Made by a program: the position numbers and the translations under genes. Below, piece after piece: positions 39,372-48,375 of a stretch of 64,000 nucleotides of DNA. Origin of the DNA: an uncultured Brevinematales bacterium (GTDB lineage: Bacteria > Spirochaetota > Brevinematia > Brevinematales > CAYRWR01). Location of the stretch: assembly GCA_964537555.1 (NCBI GenBank), contig CAZIAD010000003.1, forward strand, positions 3,921 through 67,920. Reading direction: 5' to 3'. Every line of letters begins with the position of its first letter. The stretch's first letter is position 1. The notes beneath the pieces are model-generated. The model did no database searches. It was not told where the DNA came from and saw nothing but the letters and a program-made list of their open reading frames with translations.

Positions 39372-39795
39372 GATGCCTCCAGTATTCCGTAATAATATAC
39401 TGCACAATTCATGCCAAGCGGCAGAATATTTTGATCCTCATTGCTCTATAGTACTGCTATATATACAGTTAAAAAGCCTGAAACGGTTTATTTATTTCAA
39501 TAACATTCCAGGCCTTTAAGTGATAGGGCCATAAAAATGTGCCTCCTGCATTAATCACTACTATCAATGCCAAAAACAAAAGCGGAACAGCGGGTGTGAG
39601 AATTCCCATTTCAGAGGAGAAAGGAAGCCCATCTTACCCTAGAGATAAAATTTTAAGTCCCGGATAATATCCTAAGCACTCTTTGCCTGAAAGGATAAAT
39701 ATCCGGAAACCAGGGAGTAGCGCTTGATTTTTTAGCATAAGAGATTTATCATTATTGATAGAAGAAACGGTTATATAGAAGATAGTGAATAGTGT

Positions 39796-39821
39796 TAAGA
39801 ATTTTATTATTTATCCGATAC
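39796..39821 (+). promoter_or_regulatory. Sigma-28 (FliA)-type promoter candidate for fliL-fliM-fliY
   Basis: TAAG (39796-39799)-N15-CCGATAC (39815-39821). The spacing is one nt shorter than the consensus and than the flaA candidate. It lies about 31 nt before ATG 39853. Confidence 0.35.
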
Positions 39822-39852
39822 ACTATATAGCAATACTTTATAGGAGGCCACT

Positions 39853-40395
39853 ATGGGTGAGCCTGACGATCTCGATATTGACACCGGTGAGGATGTGGGT
39901 GTAGACGAAGCGCCCTCGGAGGGCTTTTCGATTGGAAAACTGATCGAATGGCTTCTGGCTAACATGATCCCGGTAATCGTGGCCGTAGTACTTTCTACTA
40001 TTATAGCTATCATATTGGTCCGCACTAATGTATCCAAGAAAAGTGAGGAGCAATATCAAACGGTCAAATTACGCCCTAAGCCACCCCCCAAGACCATTTT
40101 CCCCCTGGGTGACTTTAAGCTCAATACAGCGGATATCAATGAACCTCATTTTATCCGTCTGACTATCTCTTTGGGATATGACGGGGATAATAAACAGCTT
40201 ATCACTGAGCTGGCCAACCGTAAGGTTCAGATAAGAGATAAAATACTCTATATCCTCTCTTCCAAGACGAAGGATGATATAGACAGTGCTTCTGAAAAAG
40301 AGTTTTTAAAAGAAGAAATAAAGAAATCGATAAATAATATAATGACCAGCGGAGAAATCGAGGCTGTTTATTATGATGAGTTTGTGATTTCTTAG
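39853..40395 (+). CDS. fliL: Flagellar basal-body-associated protein FliL
   Basis: Single TM helix, then LGDFKLNTAD...FIRLTISLGYD...ELANRKVQIRDKILYILSSK...VYYDEFVIS, the FliL pattern. AGGAGG RBS. Confidence 0.85.
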   Translation: MGEPDDLDIDTGEDVGVDEAPSEGFSIGKLIEWLLANMIPVIVAVVLSTIIAIILVRTNVSKKSEEQYQTVKLRPKPPPKTIFPLGDFKLNTADINEPHFIRLTISLGYDGDNKQLITELANRKVQIRDKILYILSSKTKDDIDSASEKEFLKEEIKKSINNIMTSGEIEAVYYDEFVIS

Positions 40396-40404
40396 GAGTA
40401 GGAC

Positions 40405-41463
40405 ATGACAGAAATTCTGTCCCAGGATGAGATCGACGCATTATTGACAGCCGTGTCCAGTGGAGAATCTGTAGAATCAGAGTCGTCTATGTCCATCCCC
40501 AAAGCATCCGGGGGTGGAGTAAAGCCGGGTCGTGAAAAAAAGCGTCTGAAAGTCTATGACTTCCGGCGCCCCGATAAATTCTCCAAGGACCAGATCCGGA
40601 CCCTGCAGATGATGCATGAGACCTTTGCCCGTCTCACTACCACCTCATTGTCAGCCACTCTGCGGGCCCTGGTGCATGTACATGTAGTCAGTGTAGACCA
40701 GCTTACTTATGAAGAATTTACCCGGTCTATACCCTCTCCTACTACTCTGGGTATTATTAATATGGACCCCCTTAAGGGCAGCTCTGTTATAGAAATGGAC
40801 CCCTCTATTACCTTTGCGGTAATAGACCGGCTGTTTGGCGGCAAGGGAGAGCCCCTTAAGACCAACCGGGAACTGACAGATATTGAGCTGTCTGTAATAG
40901 AAGGTATCATCGTCAGACTGCTGGGTAACCTGCGGGAATCCTGGGCCAATGTGATCGACCTCCGGCCCCGTCTGGGTAACATCGAGACCAACCCTCAGTT
41001 TGCCGGTATCGTACCCCCTACTTCTATGGTCGTTTTGACCACATTTGATACCAAGGTGGGTGATGTAGAAGGGATGATGAACTTCTGTATCCCTTATATC
41101 ACGATCGAGCCTATTATTTCCAAGCTGTCTGCCCAGTTCTGGTATTCATCCATTAAGAAGGGTGTGTCTACTGAGAACGTGAACATGATCAAAGAGCAGA
41201 TCTCAGATGTAAAACTGGAAGTAGTGGCCAAACTCACAGAGACTGACCTCCTGTTCCGGGAGATTGCGGCTATACGTTCAGGGGATGTGATCAGATTTAA
41301 TCAGAATGCTATCAGTGATGTAGAGATCATCATCGGTAGTAATATGAAGTTTAAAGGAAAACCGGGTGTGGTCGGAAAACGCCGGGCGATCCAGGTACAG
41401 GAAGTCATTACTACTATAGATGAAGAAATGCTGCAGGACATCCTGATGGGAGATGAAGACTAA
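40405..41463 (+). CDS. fliM: Flagellar motor switch protein FliM
   Basis: N-terminal CheY-P-binding LSQDEIDALL, followed by the FliM middle domain and a C-terminal SpoA-like domain. Confidence 0.95.
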   Translation: MTEILSQDEIDALLTAVSSGESVESESSMSIPKASGGGVKPGREKKRLKVYDFRRPDKFSKDQIRTLQMMHETFARLTTTSLSATLRALVHVHVVSVDQLTYEEFTRSIPSPTTLGIINMDPLKGSSVIEMDPSITFAVIDRLFGGKGEPLKTNRELTDIELSVIEGIIVRLLGNLRESWANVIDLRPRLGNIETNPQFAGIVPPTSMVVLTTFDTKVGDVEGMMNFCIPYITIEPIISKLSAQFWYSSIKKGVSTENVNMIKEQISDVKLEVVAKLTETDLLFREIAAIRSGDVIRFNQNAISDVEIIIGSNMKFKGKPGVVGKRRAIQVQEVITTIDEEMLQDILMGDED

Positions 41464-41543
41464 TCTTCCCCGCGTACACCTAATGGACTGGGGATTTTTT
41501 CCGATAATACTTAAGGTGTATAGAAAGAAAAATGGAGGCGGAA

Positions 41544-42626
41544 ATGAGTGACGGTACTCTTTCACAAGATGAAATAGATGCATTATTGCAGGGAACAGAT
41601 GAATTAATGTCAGAGAACCTGGGCACATCTTCCTCCGGGGGAGGCATGTCCTCAGGCCCCAGCGTATCAGGAGAAAACATCTCAGAAGCGGATAAAGCTT
41701 CTCTGGGAGAGATCCTCCGGGAGATCGGACAGGCTCAGGCTACCGGGCTTTCTACCCTGACCGGCACCAATGTAAAATTCAGTTCTCCTTTTATTGACGC
41801 CGGTAAGCTGGACCAGCTCAAAGGCGAGATAAAAGGTAAAGTAATACAGGCTAAGGTAGGCCTGTCCGGCGGTGTGACCGGAGAATGGGTATATGTCATT
41901 CCTGAAAAAAGTGTACTGGGCATCACCAATATACTGATAGGCCAGGATGATAATACTGAAGTATCTGAGCTCGTGATCTCCACCTTCTCCGAAGTGATCA
42001 ACCAGACCACCGGTTCTATGGTCAATGTACTCTCCGAAAAGCTGGCCAAGGGTATTACAACCGGTACCCCCAACCTGGATTACCTGGAAGATGTGAGCCC
42101 TATTGCCATCAGTGGTGGTAATTTCGTGGTCCGCATGAACTACATCTTTAACATCGAAGGCAGAGGCAGTGTGAAGTTCTTCGTGTTTGTACCTATAGCG
42201 ATGGCCCGCTCTATAATCTCTTCCTATAAGGCATCCAAGCAGAGCCAGGCCGCATCCTTTGGTGGCGGCGGGCCGGTGCAGTCCAGCGGCGGCATCCCCG
42301 TACAGTCAGTAGCCTTTGAACCCCTGCAGATGGGTGTAGAATCAGAGGCCATGGGTAATATCGCCCTCCTGCTCGACGTGCCTATGCGCGTCACAGTAGA
42401 GCTGGGACGTACCAAGATGACTATCAAGGACATCCTGGGGCTGGGTGAAGGATCAATCATCGAGCTGGACAAGCTGGCCGGTGAGCCGGTAGATATACTG
42501 GTCAATGACAAGCTGATCGCCCAGGGAGAAGTCGTGGTCATCGATGAAAACTTCGCTGTACGTGTGACCAAGATCGTGACCCCCATGGAGCGTATCTTTG
42601 ACAGTGCTGAAGAGCAGCTGTCCTAA
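41544..42626 (+). CDS. fliY: Flagellar motor switch protein FliY (CheC-like domain plus FliN C-terminal domain)
   Basis: LSQDEIDALL, a CheC-like middle region, and FliN/SpoA C-terminus LLDVPMRVTVELGRTKMTIKDILGLGEGSIIELDK. Start set at ATG 41544, 5 nt after GGAGG; ATG 41532 is an alternative. Confidence 0.9.
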   Translation: MSDGTLSQDEIDALLQGTDELMSENLGTSSSGGGMSSGPSVSGENISEADKASLGEILREIGQAQATGLSTLTGTNVKFSSPFIDAGKLDQLKGEIKGKVIQAKVGLSGGVTGEWVYVIPEKSVLGITNILIGQDDNTEVSELVISTFSEVINQTTGSMVNVLSEKLAKGITTGTPNLDYLEDVSPIAISGGNFVVRMNYIFNIEGRGSVKFFVFVPIAMARSIISSYKASKQSQAASFGGGGPVQSSGGIPVQSVAFEPLQMGVESEAMGNIALLLDVPMRVTVELGRTKMTIKDILGLGEGSIIELDKLAGEPVDILVNDKLIAQGEVVVIDENFAVRVTKIVTPMERIFDSAEEQLS

Positions 42627-42646
42627 GTATTAAGAATCAAGATCAA

Positions 42647-42675
42647 AGCCTCTCTGCAAAGGGAGGCTTTTTTAT
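42647..42675 (+). terminator. Rho-independent terminator after fliY
   Basis: AGCCTCTC...GGGAGGCT stem with one mismatch, followed by T6. Confidence 0.6.
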
Positions 42676-43304
42676 TTTCCCATCAAAAAATCCATCTCCA
42701 GTCCAATACTAAATCCCTCCATGTCTCCGGCATCCAGTCCCGCCCGGGGCACCTCAGCCAACAGCAGATGGTATTTTACTGATAGTCCCAGGGCAAATAG
42801 GGGGCTGATATAGTACTGCAGCAAGACTTCCGGAACCAGCATGCCTGTACCCTGGATAGTAGCCCCTCCGGCATTAGTGGAGCTGGTGCTGGTAGTAACA
42901 CCCCCCAGGGCCAGGTTCAGCTTCGGGTTGAGTCTCCACTGTTCCCCCAGCATCAGGCCGTAGCCCAGCCACAGACCGGCATAACCGTAACCATAGCTGG
43001 TATAGGGGTAGGTATTAATCTGGAGACTGCGATTGACCAGGAAGCTGGCCATAATACCCCAGTCCAGTCCACTCTGGTGAACCATGCTCCCCTGCACACC
43101 CAGCCACAGGCCATCTCCGTCACTGAGGGCCTTGTAATCCATCCTGATGCCCAGGCTATACTGCAGGAGTCCCTTTCCGGCCGGGTGCTTTTCCTGTTCC
43201 GGGTAGAATTTTATAGCCCCTTTGTCATTGAGTTCCTGGGCGCCCAGCCCGGCACTGCCTGAGATCAACAGCATGATTACTAGTATCTCTTTTTTCATAT
43301 TCAC
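42672..43304 (-). CDS. Small outer-membrane beta-barrel (OmpW/porin-like) protein
   Basis: Signal peptide, alternating Gly/aromatic-rich strands and a C-terminal aromatic-containing strand (EMDFLMGK). Confidence 0.5.
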   Translation of the reverse strand: MNMKKEILVIMLLISGSAGLGAQELNDKGAIKFYPEQEKHPAGKGLLQYSLGIRMDYKALSDGDGLWLGVQGSMVHQSGLDWGIMASFLVNRSLQINTYPYTSYGYGYAGLWLGYGLMLGEQWRLNPKLNLALGGVTTSTSSTNAGGATIQGTGMLVPEVLLQYYISPLFALGLSVKYHLLLAEVPRAGLDAGDMEGFSIGLEMDFLMGK

Positions 43305-43509
43305 CTCTTCTATTTATTTAGAGGAATTCATTTGTGAAGTATAAATAGTGTAGCGTTTTCTCTGTCTTTATTATAGACAGGGTATTTGAGAATATCCATT
43401 TTGTAGGATATACTTGGTAGTGATATAGCTACTGTCGCAGGAAGGTTTGATGAGTAGCAGGAGTTATATGCTATTATTAGACTACAATTGATTTGTTAGA
43501 TTAAGATAT

Positions 43510-43899
43510 TTGAATACGGAGCGCAGTTTGAGTACAACCTTATCAATATTTATCAAATCTAAAGATTCATATGATGTTTTTACCAGTCACATTTCTAAAA
43601 TTTTAGATATAAATCTTGAAAAAAAAGTTGATGATGGCCTGGTAATTTTTGAGTATATCGGTTTAGGATTACACATTATTATTGAGGTTGAAAATTCATA
43701 TGATGATGATTTAAATATCCCATTTAAAAGTTTTCAATATATCATTAATATTGATAATTTCATTAGAATAAAGGAATATAATATTTGGGAAAGTTATCAA
43801 TACTATTTCACTTTATATCTGCAGAATATTTTATTTGAAAAATTCAAATATAGATCTATTGTTGTACAAGAATTTCAAAAAATAATCTCTGAATTATAA
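43510..43899 (+). CDS. Orphan hypothetical ORF in an AT-rich islet (possibly a 5'-truncated remnant)
   Basis: 129 codons rich in Ile/Asn/Tyr. There is no in-frame ATG anywhere, only TTG at 43510, and no Shine-Dalgarno sequence. Confidence 0.3.
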   Translation: MNTERSLSTTLSIFIKSKDSYDVFTSHISKILDINLEKKVDDGLVIFEYIGLGLHIIIEVENSYDDDLNIPFKSFQYIINIDNFIRIKEYNIWESYQYYFTLYLQNILFEKFKYRSIVVQEFQKIISEL

Positions 43900-43939
43900 G
43901 TGGTCTACACCACAAGACTAAACCCGGCGTATAAAAATG

Positions 43940-43969
43940 AAAAAAGGCAGCCTGGTGGTGACTGCCTTT
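43940..43969 (-). terminator. Rho-independent terminator of the cotH-like gene
   Basis: AAAGGCAG (43943-43950) pairs with CTGCCTTT (43962-43969). The A-run on the plus strand is a U-run on the minus strand. Confidence 0.6.
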
Positions 43970-44000
43970 CATCGGAGGGTTATGCTATGACAAAACGCGT

Positions 44001-45383
44001 TTAATTTCCGCTCAGGTCGTCGTTAATACTCTGCCAGCGCTCGGACTGCCAGCCCAGGAGTCCACCTCCATAGCCGTTAAAGCCCTGGGAATTCCACATA
44101 TCAGGAGTCTGTGTAAAGGACTGTTCCCAAACCATATTGGAATCTTCCAGGGTCTTGACACCCCGCCAGTCTCCTTTTTTGTAAGTATCCGTATAGACCG
44201 CATCTTTGATGAGCTTCTTGTAGACATCTACCTGCTTTTTAAATTTTACAGGATGAAAGCTGTTCTGCATCAGGTAACGAACTTTGGCTATATAAGCCTG
44301 CTTCCATTCCGGTATGGCCAGTACTTTATCGAATAATGCCCGGTAATTATCGTTGTCTGCCATCTTGAACACAGAGGTGTTCAGGACCGGAAAGCCCCAG
44401 CCTATGCCGCTCCCGAAGGTGTTGTCCAGGTCCCAGGCCATGATGTACCACTTCCCGCTGCTATGTCGGTAGATGTAGTCGTTATTGGGATTGAACACAA
44501 AGCTGTCCCAGTGCCCGGTAAGGGTAGCTGCTGCCAGATAGTTCAGGACTGACTCGATATCCAGTATAGCTTTCAGGTCCTGTTTGGTCCTGGCCTGGGC
44601 CAGAGCCAGGAAGAACTGGTTCACCTGGTCCTTTTCAGCAGTCTTGGCCTTAGTCTTTATCACAAAGATATTACCGAAATTGGGGAGCATCTTGGAAGGA
44701 TAGCCTCCCTTATAGAGCTGACCCGACTTTTTCTTAAAGCGGGCCTCCAGGAAGTGTTCATCCATCTGTTCTACGGTATTATAGAGGCCCCAGTATTTTC
44801 CATTGACATAGACCCGGGCGAAACCCATGCGGGAGGAATAAGCCCGGGCTTCCTGGAAAACCCGGGTGGCCATCTGTTCCCGGAGCAGAGTAGGATCATT
44901 GGCCGAAGCCCGCAGATTAAGCTTAGCCACACCCCAGACCAGCCGGTCTTTATTGGCGGGAAAAGGCAGGGCCTGGTCTGTATCATCATAGAGCAGCGGG
45001 CTGTCAAAGCTCAGCTTGACATTGAGCTTGTAAAATGAGGTCTGGCCCCTCCCCCGTAGTCCTACATTGGACACCACCATGTCACCGATACGCATCTCTG
45101 TAGCCAGGGCATAGACCTGCTCCCGTCCTTCTTTATAGCGGGCCTTGAGGATACTTTTATAGGCAGACGGGGACATGCTGAAGTGGATATCCAGGATACG
45201 GGTATCATCAAAAAAGGGCGCACTCTGGATAAAGGAGGGATTATCCTCCCAGCTATCCTGTACTACCGGGTAGACACCACTGACCTGGACATCCGCACGC
45301 CCCATCGCCTTACAAGCAGGTAATATGGCTGTAACGAATAATAACATGGCTGAAAAAAGCCTGATTCTGATCTTTTCCATCAC
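44001..45383 (-). CDS. CotH-family (atypical protein kinase fold) lipoprotein
   Basis: The pattern LRGRGQTSF...KLNLRASANDPTLLREQMATRVFQEA...VYVNGKYWGLYNTVEQMDEHFLE is CotH-domain-like. Lipobox ILPAC. Confidence 0.8.
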   Translation of the reverse strand: MMEKIRIRLFSAMLLFVTAILPACKAMGRADVQVSGVYPVVQDSWEDNPSFIQSAPFFDDTRILDIHFSMSPSAYKSILKARYKEGREQVYALATEMRIGDMVVSNVGLRGRGQTSFYKLNVKLSFDSPLLYDDTDQALPFPANKDRLVWGVAKLNLRASANDPTLLREQMATRVFQEARAYSSRMGFARVYVNGKYWGLYNTVEQMDEHFLEARFKKKSGQLYKGGYPSKMLPNFGNIFVIKTKAKTAEKDQVNQFFLALAQARTKQDLKAILDIESVLNYLAAATLTGHWDSFVFNPNNDYIYRHSSGKWYIMAWDLDNTFGSGIGWGFPVLNTSVFKMADNDNYRALFDKVLAIPEWKQAYIAKVRYLMQNSFHPVKFKKQVDVYKKLIKDAVYTDTYKKGDWRGVKTLEDSNMVWEQSFTQTPDMWNSQGFNGYGGGLLGWQSERWQSINDDLSGN

Positions 45384-45510
45384 ACACCTCTTTAAAAATA
45401 TATAGATATTATATAGAGTAATGAACAGGATAAATGTTACATCTCAGGTTCTTTATAAAAAAAGTTGAAGAATCTTTAGGTGCAATGTATTCTTATGACA
45501 GGAGGCCACT

Positions 45511-46290
45511 ATGCAAAGATTTAAATTATTTTTCCTTATATCAGTATTAGTATCGACAGGTAGCTGGGCTTTCACCCAGCAGGCCTTTGTAAAACAACTG
45601 GTACAGGATATAAATGCCAAAGAAGAATCCCGGGTCAAGGCCGCCTGTGCCCCCGGCTTCTGGGAAAATCAGGTTGGCGACTCTGCCGGCCACTTTTACA
45701 AACAGGTCAGCCACCCCCAGAGGGGAATACTGGTACAGCTGAACCAGCCCCTTAAAATAGTACAGGACCGGGCGGTAGCCCTTATAGACCTCTACTCTGC
45801 CCAAGAAAAGCAGATCGTAGACCAGGGATTCTTTTATCTGGAGAAAAAAGGAGATAAGTGGATATGGGCCGGCATAGATGAGACTAAACTCCATGTGGAT
45901 TACTTCCTGGCCGGTAAAGTACCCGCCACCTTTGCCCTGCGTTCCTATGCTGCCCTGACAGACCTGGATAAATGGGGAAAGAGTTTCGTAGAGGCCTTTA
46001 ACCAGGGTCAGGACTGGGATGCCCGGGTGGAACAGGTCAAGGGACTAATGACTTATAAAAATGAGATCAGCAGCACTGAGCTCTACCTGTTTACAGACTA
46101 TCCCAGCCTCACTTACAAGAATAATTACTGGGTCGAGTCCCTGAACCGGGGAGCCGTGGTATTTGAAGGCATCAACCCGGAGTACCCTGACTATGCCGAT
46201 GAGATAGTGATCTACCTGGAAAAAGAGGTCCAGGCCTGGAAGTTTTTAGGAACCAGCACCTATGCCAGCAGCGGATCCATACTGGAGTAG
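45511..46290 (+). CDS. Hypothetical secreted protein
   Basis: Signal peptide MQRFKLFFLISVLVSTGSWA. No motif recognised. Confidence 0.5.
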   Translation: MQRFKLFFLISVLVSTGSWAFTQQAFVKQLVQDINAKEESRVKAACAPGFWENQVGDSAGHFYKQVSHPQRGILVQLNQPLKIVQDRAVALIDLYSAQEKQIVDQGFFYLEKKGDKWIWAGIDETKLHVDYFLAGKVPATFALRSYAALTDLDKWGKSFVEAFNQGQDWDARVEQVKGLMTYKNEISSTELYLFTDYPSLTYKNNYWVESLNRGAVVFEGINPEYPDYADEIVIYLEKEVQAWKFLGTSTYASSGSILE

Positions 46291-46303
46291 TACAGTTGAT
46301 TTA

Positions 46304-46333
46304 TTGACAGCATTGCTGTTCAACGACTATACT
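46304..46333 (+). promoter_or_regulatory. Sigma-70-type promoter candidate
   Basis: TTGACA (46304-46309), 18-nt spacer, TATACT (46328-46333). It lies 35 nt upstream of GTG 46368. Confidence 0.5.
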
Positions 46334-46367
46334 AAGATCCAAATCAATCCATTATCAGGGGTAAGCC

Positions 46368-48374
46368 GTGGCAGACAGAAAGAAGATACTGGCCCAGGTG
46401 CAGGCCTATACTGCCTTCCAGATGAGTACCAATCAGAAAGATATTGTGGCCAGCCTCTCGGACTTTATGAGGGAGGGAGAAAAAATCAGCCTCCTGCAGG
46501 AGGGTTTCTACAACGGCCTCCGCATCACGGACAGTTCCACCGGAGTATACGGCTTTCTTATCCTGAGTGATTCCCGTCTCTTCTTCATGTCCAATGATAA
46601 GAAACAAAGCCATCAATTTGAAGTGATAGATACCACTCTCTTAAAAAAAGTGAGTATCAAAAAAAACTTTGCCTCGGTAACCCTCACTCTGCATACCAAC
46701 ACCCGGGAGCTGGACTTTCGCTCAGTCATGCCCCTCGCCCAGGGAGAAGAACTGGCCCGGAGATTGGCCACTCTGTACGGCCTGAATCCCTCTACGGAGA
46801 ATGTACCTGAACAGGCTGATGACTACCGTATACTCAATAAACCGGTAGATAACACTATGATCAATGATTTCGTTAAAAAGATCAATTCTGTCTCCAAAGA
46901 TATATTGAGCAATATCAACCGGTCTAAAAACACAAATGATACAGAAAAAGATTTTCTGTTCCAGGAAGCAAAAAAGATCTCTCTTCTCCTGGATGAGTAC
47001 TTCTCTGCGCCTACTCTGAAGGATATGATACAAAAAGACCTCATTATCCTGTCCTCTATGTGCACTATCAGCGACCATGAGCTCAATGAGCAGGAGACTT
47101 TTTTCCTGGCCCTGGTATTTCTGGCACTGGAAAAGGGTAAGTCAGTGTCTAATAATGATGTCGAAGGATTATATGCTCAGGAGAGATTCTCTCCACAATA
47201 CCAGGATCTGGTGGCTAAAAATCAAAAGGCCGTACTGGAAGAGATGAAAAAAGTCTCCCCAAGGGCAGATGTCTACCCCTTCCAGGCCCTGAGCTATATC
47301 AGGCAATATGACGAGAGAGAGGGGTGTTCTCATTTTGGCCAGATGGCTGCATTATACACCACTTATGCCCAGTGTATTGTAAAGGCGGATGGAACCGTGA
47401 CCAAGGCAGAAGAAGAAATACTGCAAACTATAAACCTCATGATACATGAAGCTCCGGTGAATGGGATGACCCCCCCGGCGGATCCAGATACAGCTGAAAA
47501 AACAGCATCACCGGAAACAAATAAACCGGAATCCGAGGAAAAAACCGAGACTCTGGAAGAAGTACTGGCCGAACTCAATAATCTCATTGGTATGAAAAAC
47601 ATCAAGGACCAGATCAGCACCTTTATCAACCTCATCAAGGTACAAAAAGCCCGGGAGGAGAAAGGGCTACCCGTCTCTCCCGTGTCTCTGCATGCCGTGT
47701 TTTACGGCCCTCCCGGGACAGGGAAGACCACCACCGCCCGCCTCCTGGGACGGATCTACAAGTGCCTGGGACTCCTGAAACAGGGCCATATCACCGAAAC
47801 TGACCGCGCGGGCCTGGTAGCTGGCTATGTGGGACAGACCGCCATCAAGACTGACGAGATCATACAGAAGAGCCTGGACGGTATACTATTCATAGACGAA
47901 GCCTACGCCCTGGCTCCCGCAGAGGGAGGCAAGGACTTTGGACAGGAGGCTATAGACACCCTCTTGAAACGTATGGAAGACTATAGGGAACGCCTGGTCA
48001 TTATCGTAGCCGGCTACCCTGATGAGATGAAGACCTTTATCAACAGCAACCCCGGCTTAAAGTCCCGCTTCAGCCGCTATTTTAACTTTGAGCACTATAC
48101 TCCTCAGGAACTGATAGACATACTTCAGATCTTTACTAAAAAATCCAAATTTGTACTGACCAAAGGGGCCAAGGATAAGCTACTGGCTCTGTTTACTGAC
48201 TATTATGAACACAGGGACAAGAGCTTTGGTAACGGCCGTCTGTCCCGTAATCTATTTGAGAAGATCATAGAAAAGCAGGCCAACCGTATCGCTCCTGTCA
48301 CTCCCCTGACGGACAAGATACTGTGCAGTATCAAGGCCGAGGATATTCCGGAAAAGGATGAGATGGTCCTATAA
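46368..48374 (+). CDS. CbbX/SpoVK-type AAA+ ATPase with N-terminal PH/GRAM-like and TerB-like regions
   Basis: GTG start. Walker A FYGPPGTGKTT, GYVGQTAIKT, Walker B ILFIDEAYAL and VIIVAGY. The N-terminus has a GFLILSDSRLFFMS...VSIKK pattern, and the middle has TerB-like IVKADGTVTKAEEEIL. Confidence 0.85.
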   Translation: MADRKKILAQVQAYTAFQMSTNQKDIVASLSDFMREGEKISLLQEGFYNGLRITDSSTGVYGFLILSDSRLFFMSNDKKQSHQFEVIDTTLLKKVSIKKNFASVTLTLHTNTRELDFRSVMPLAQGEELARRLATLYGLNPSTENVPEQADDYRILNKPVDNTMINDFVKKINSVSKDILSNINRSKNTNDTEKDFLFQEAKKISLLLDEYFSAPTLKDMIQKDLIILSSMCTISDHELNEQETFFLALVFLALEKGKSVSNNDVEGLYAQERFSPQYQDLVAKNQKAVLEEMKKVSPRADVYPFQALSYIRQYDEREGCSHFGQMAALYTTYAQCIVKADGTVTKAEEEILQTINLMIHEAPVNGMTPPADPDTAEKTASPETNKPESEEKTETLEEVLAELNNLIGMKNIKDQISTFINLIKVQKAREEKGLPVSPVSLHAVFYGPPGTGKTTTARLLGRIYKCLGLLKQGHITETDRAGLVAGYVGQTAIKTDEIIQKSLDGILFIDEAYALAPAEGGKDFGQEAIDTLLKRMEDYRERLVIIVAGYPDEMKTFINSNPGLKSRFSRYFNFEHYTPQELIDILQIFTKKSKFVLTKGAKDKLLALFTDYYEHRDKSFGNGRLSRNLFEKIIEKQANRIAPVTPLTDKILCSIKAEDIPEKDEMVL

Positions 48375-48375
48375 G

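Noticed and set aside
39408-39852. Riboswitch, for example c-di-GMP class I or II, in the 445-bp spacer before fliL
   Set aside because: No conserved riboswitch core sequences that I can recall are present. The candidate sigma-28 promoter lies downstream of most of the spacer, so most of it would not be in the fliL leader.
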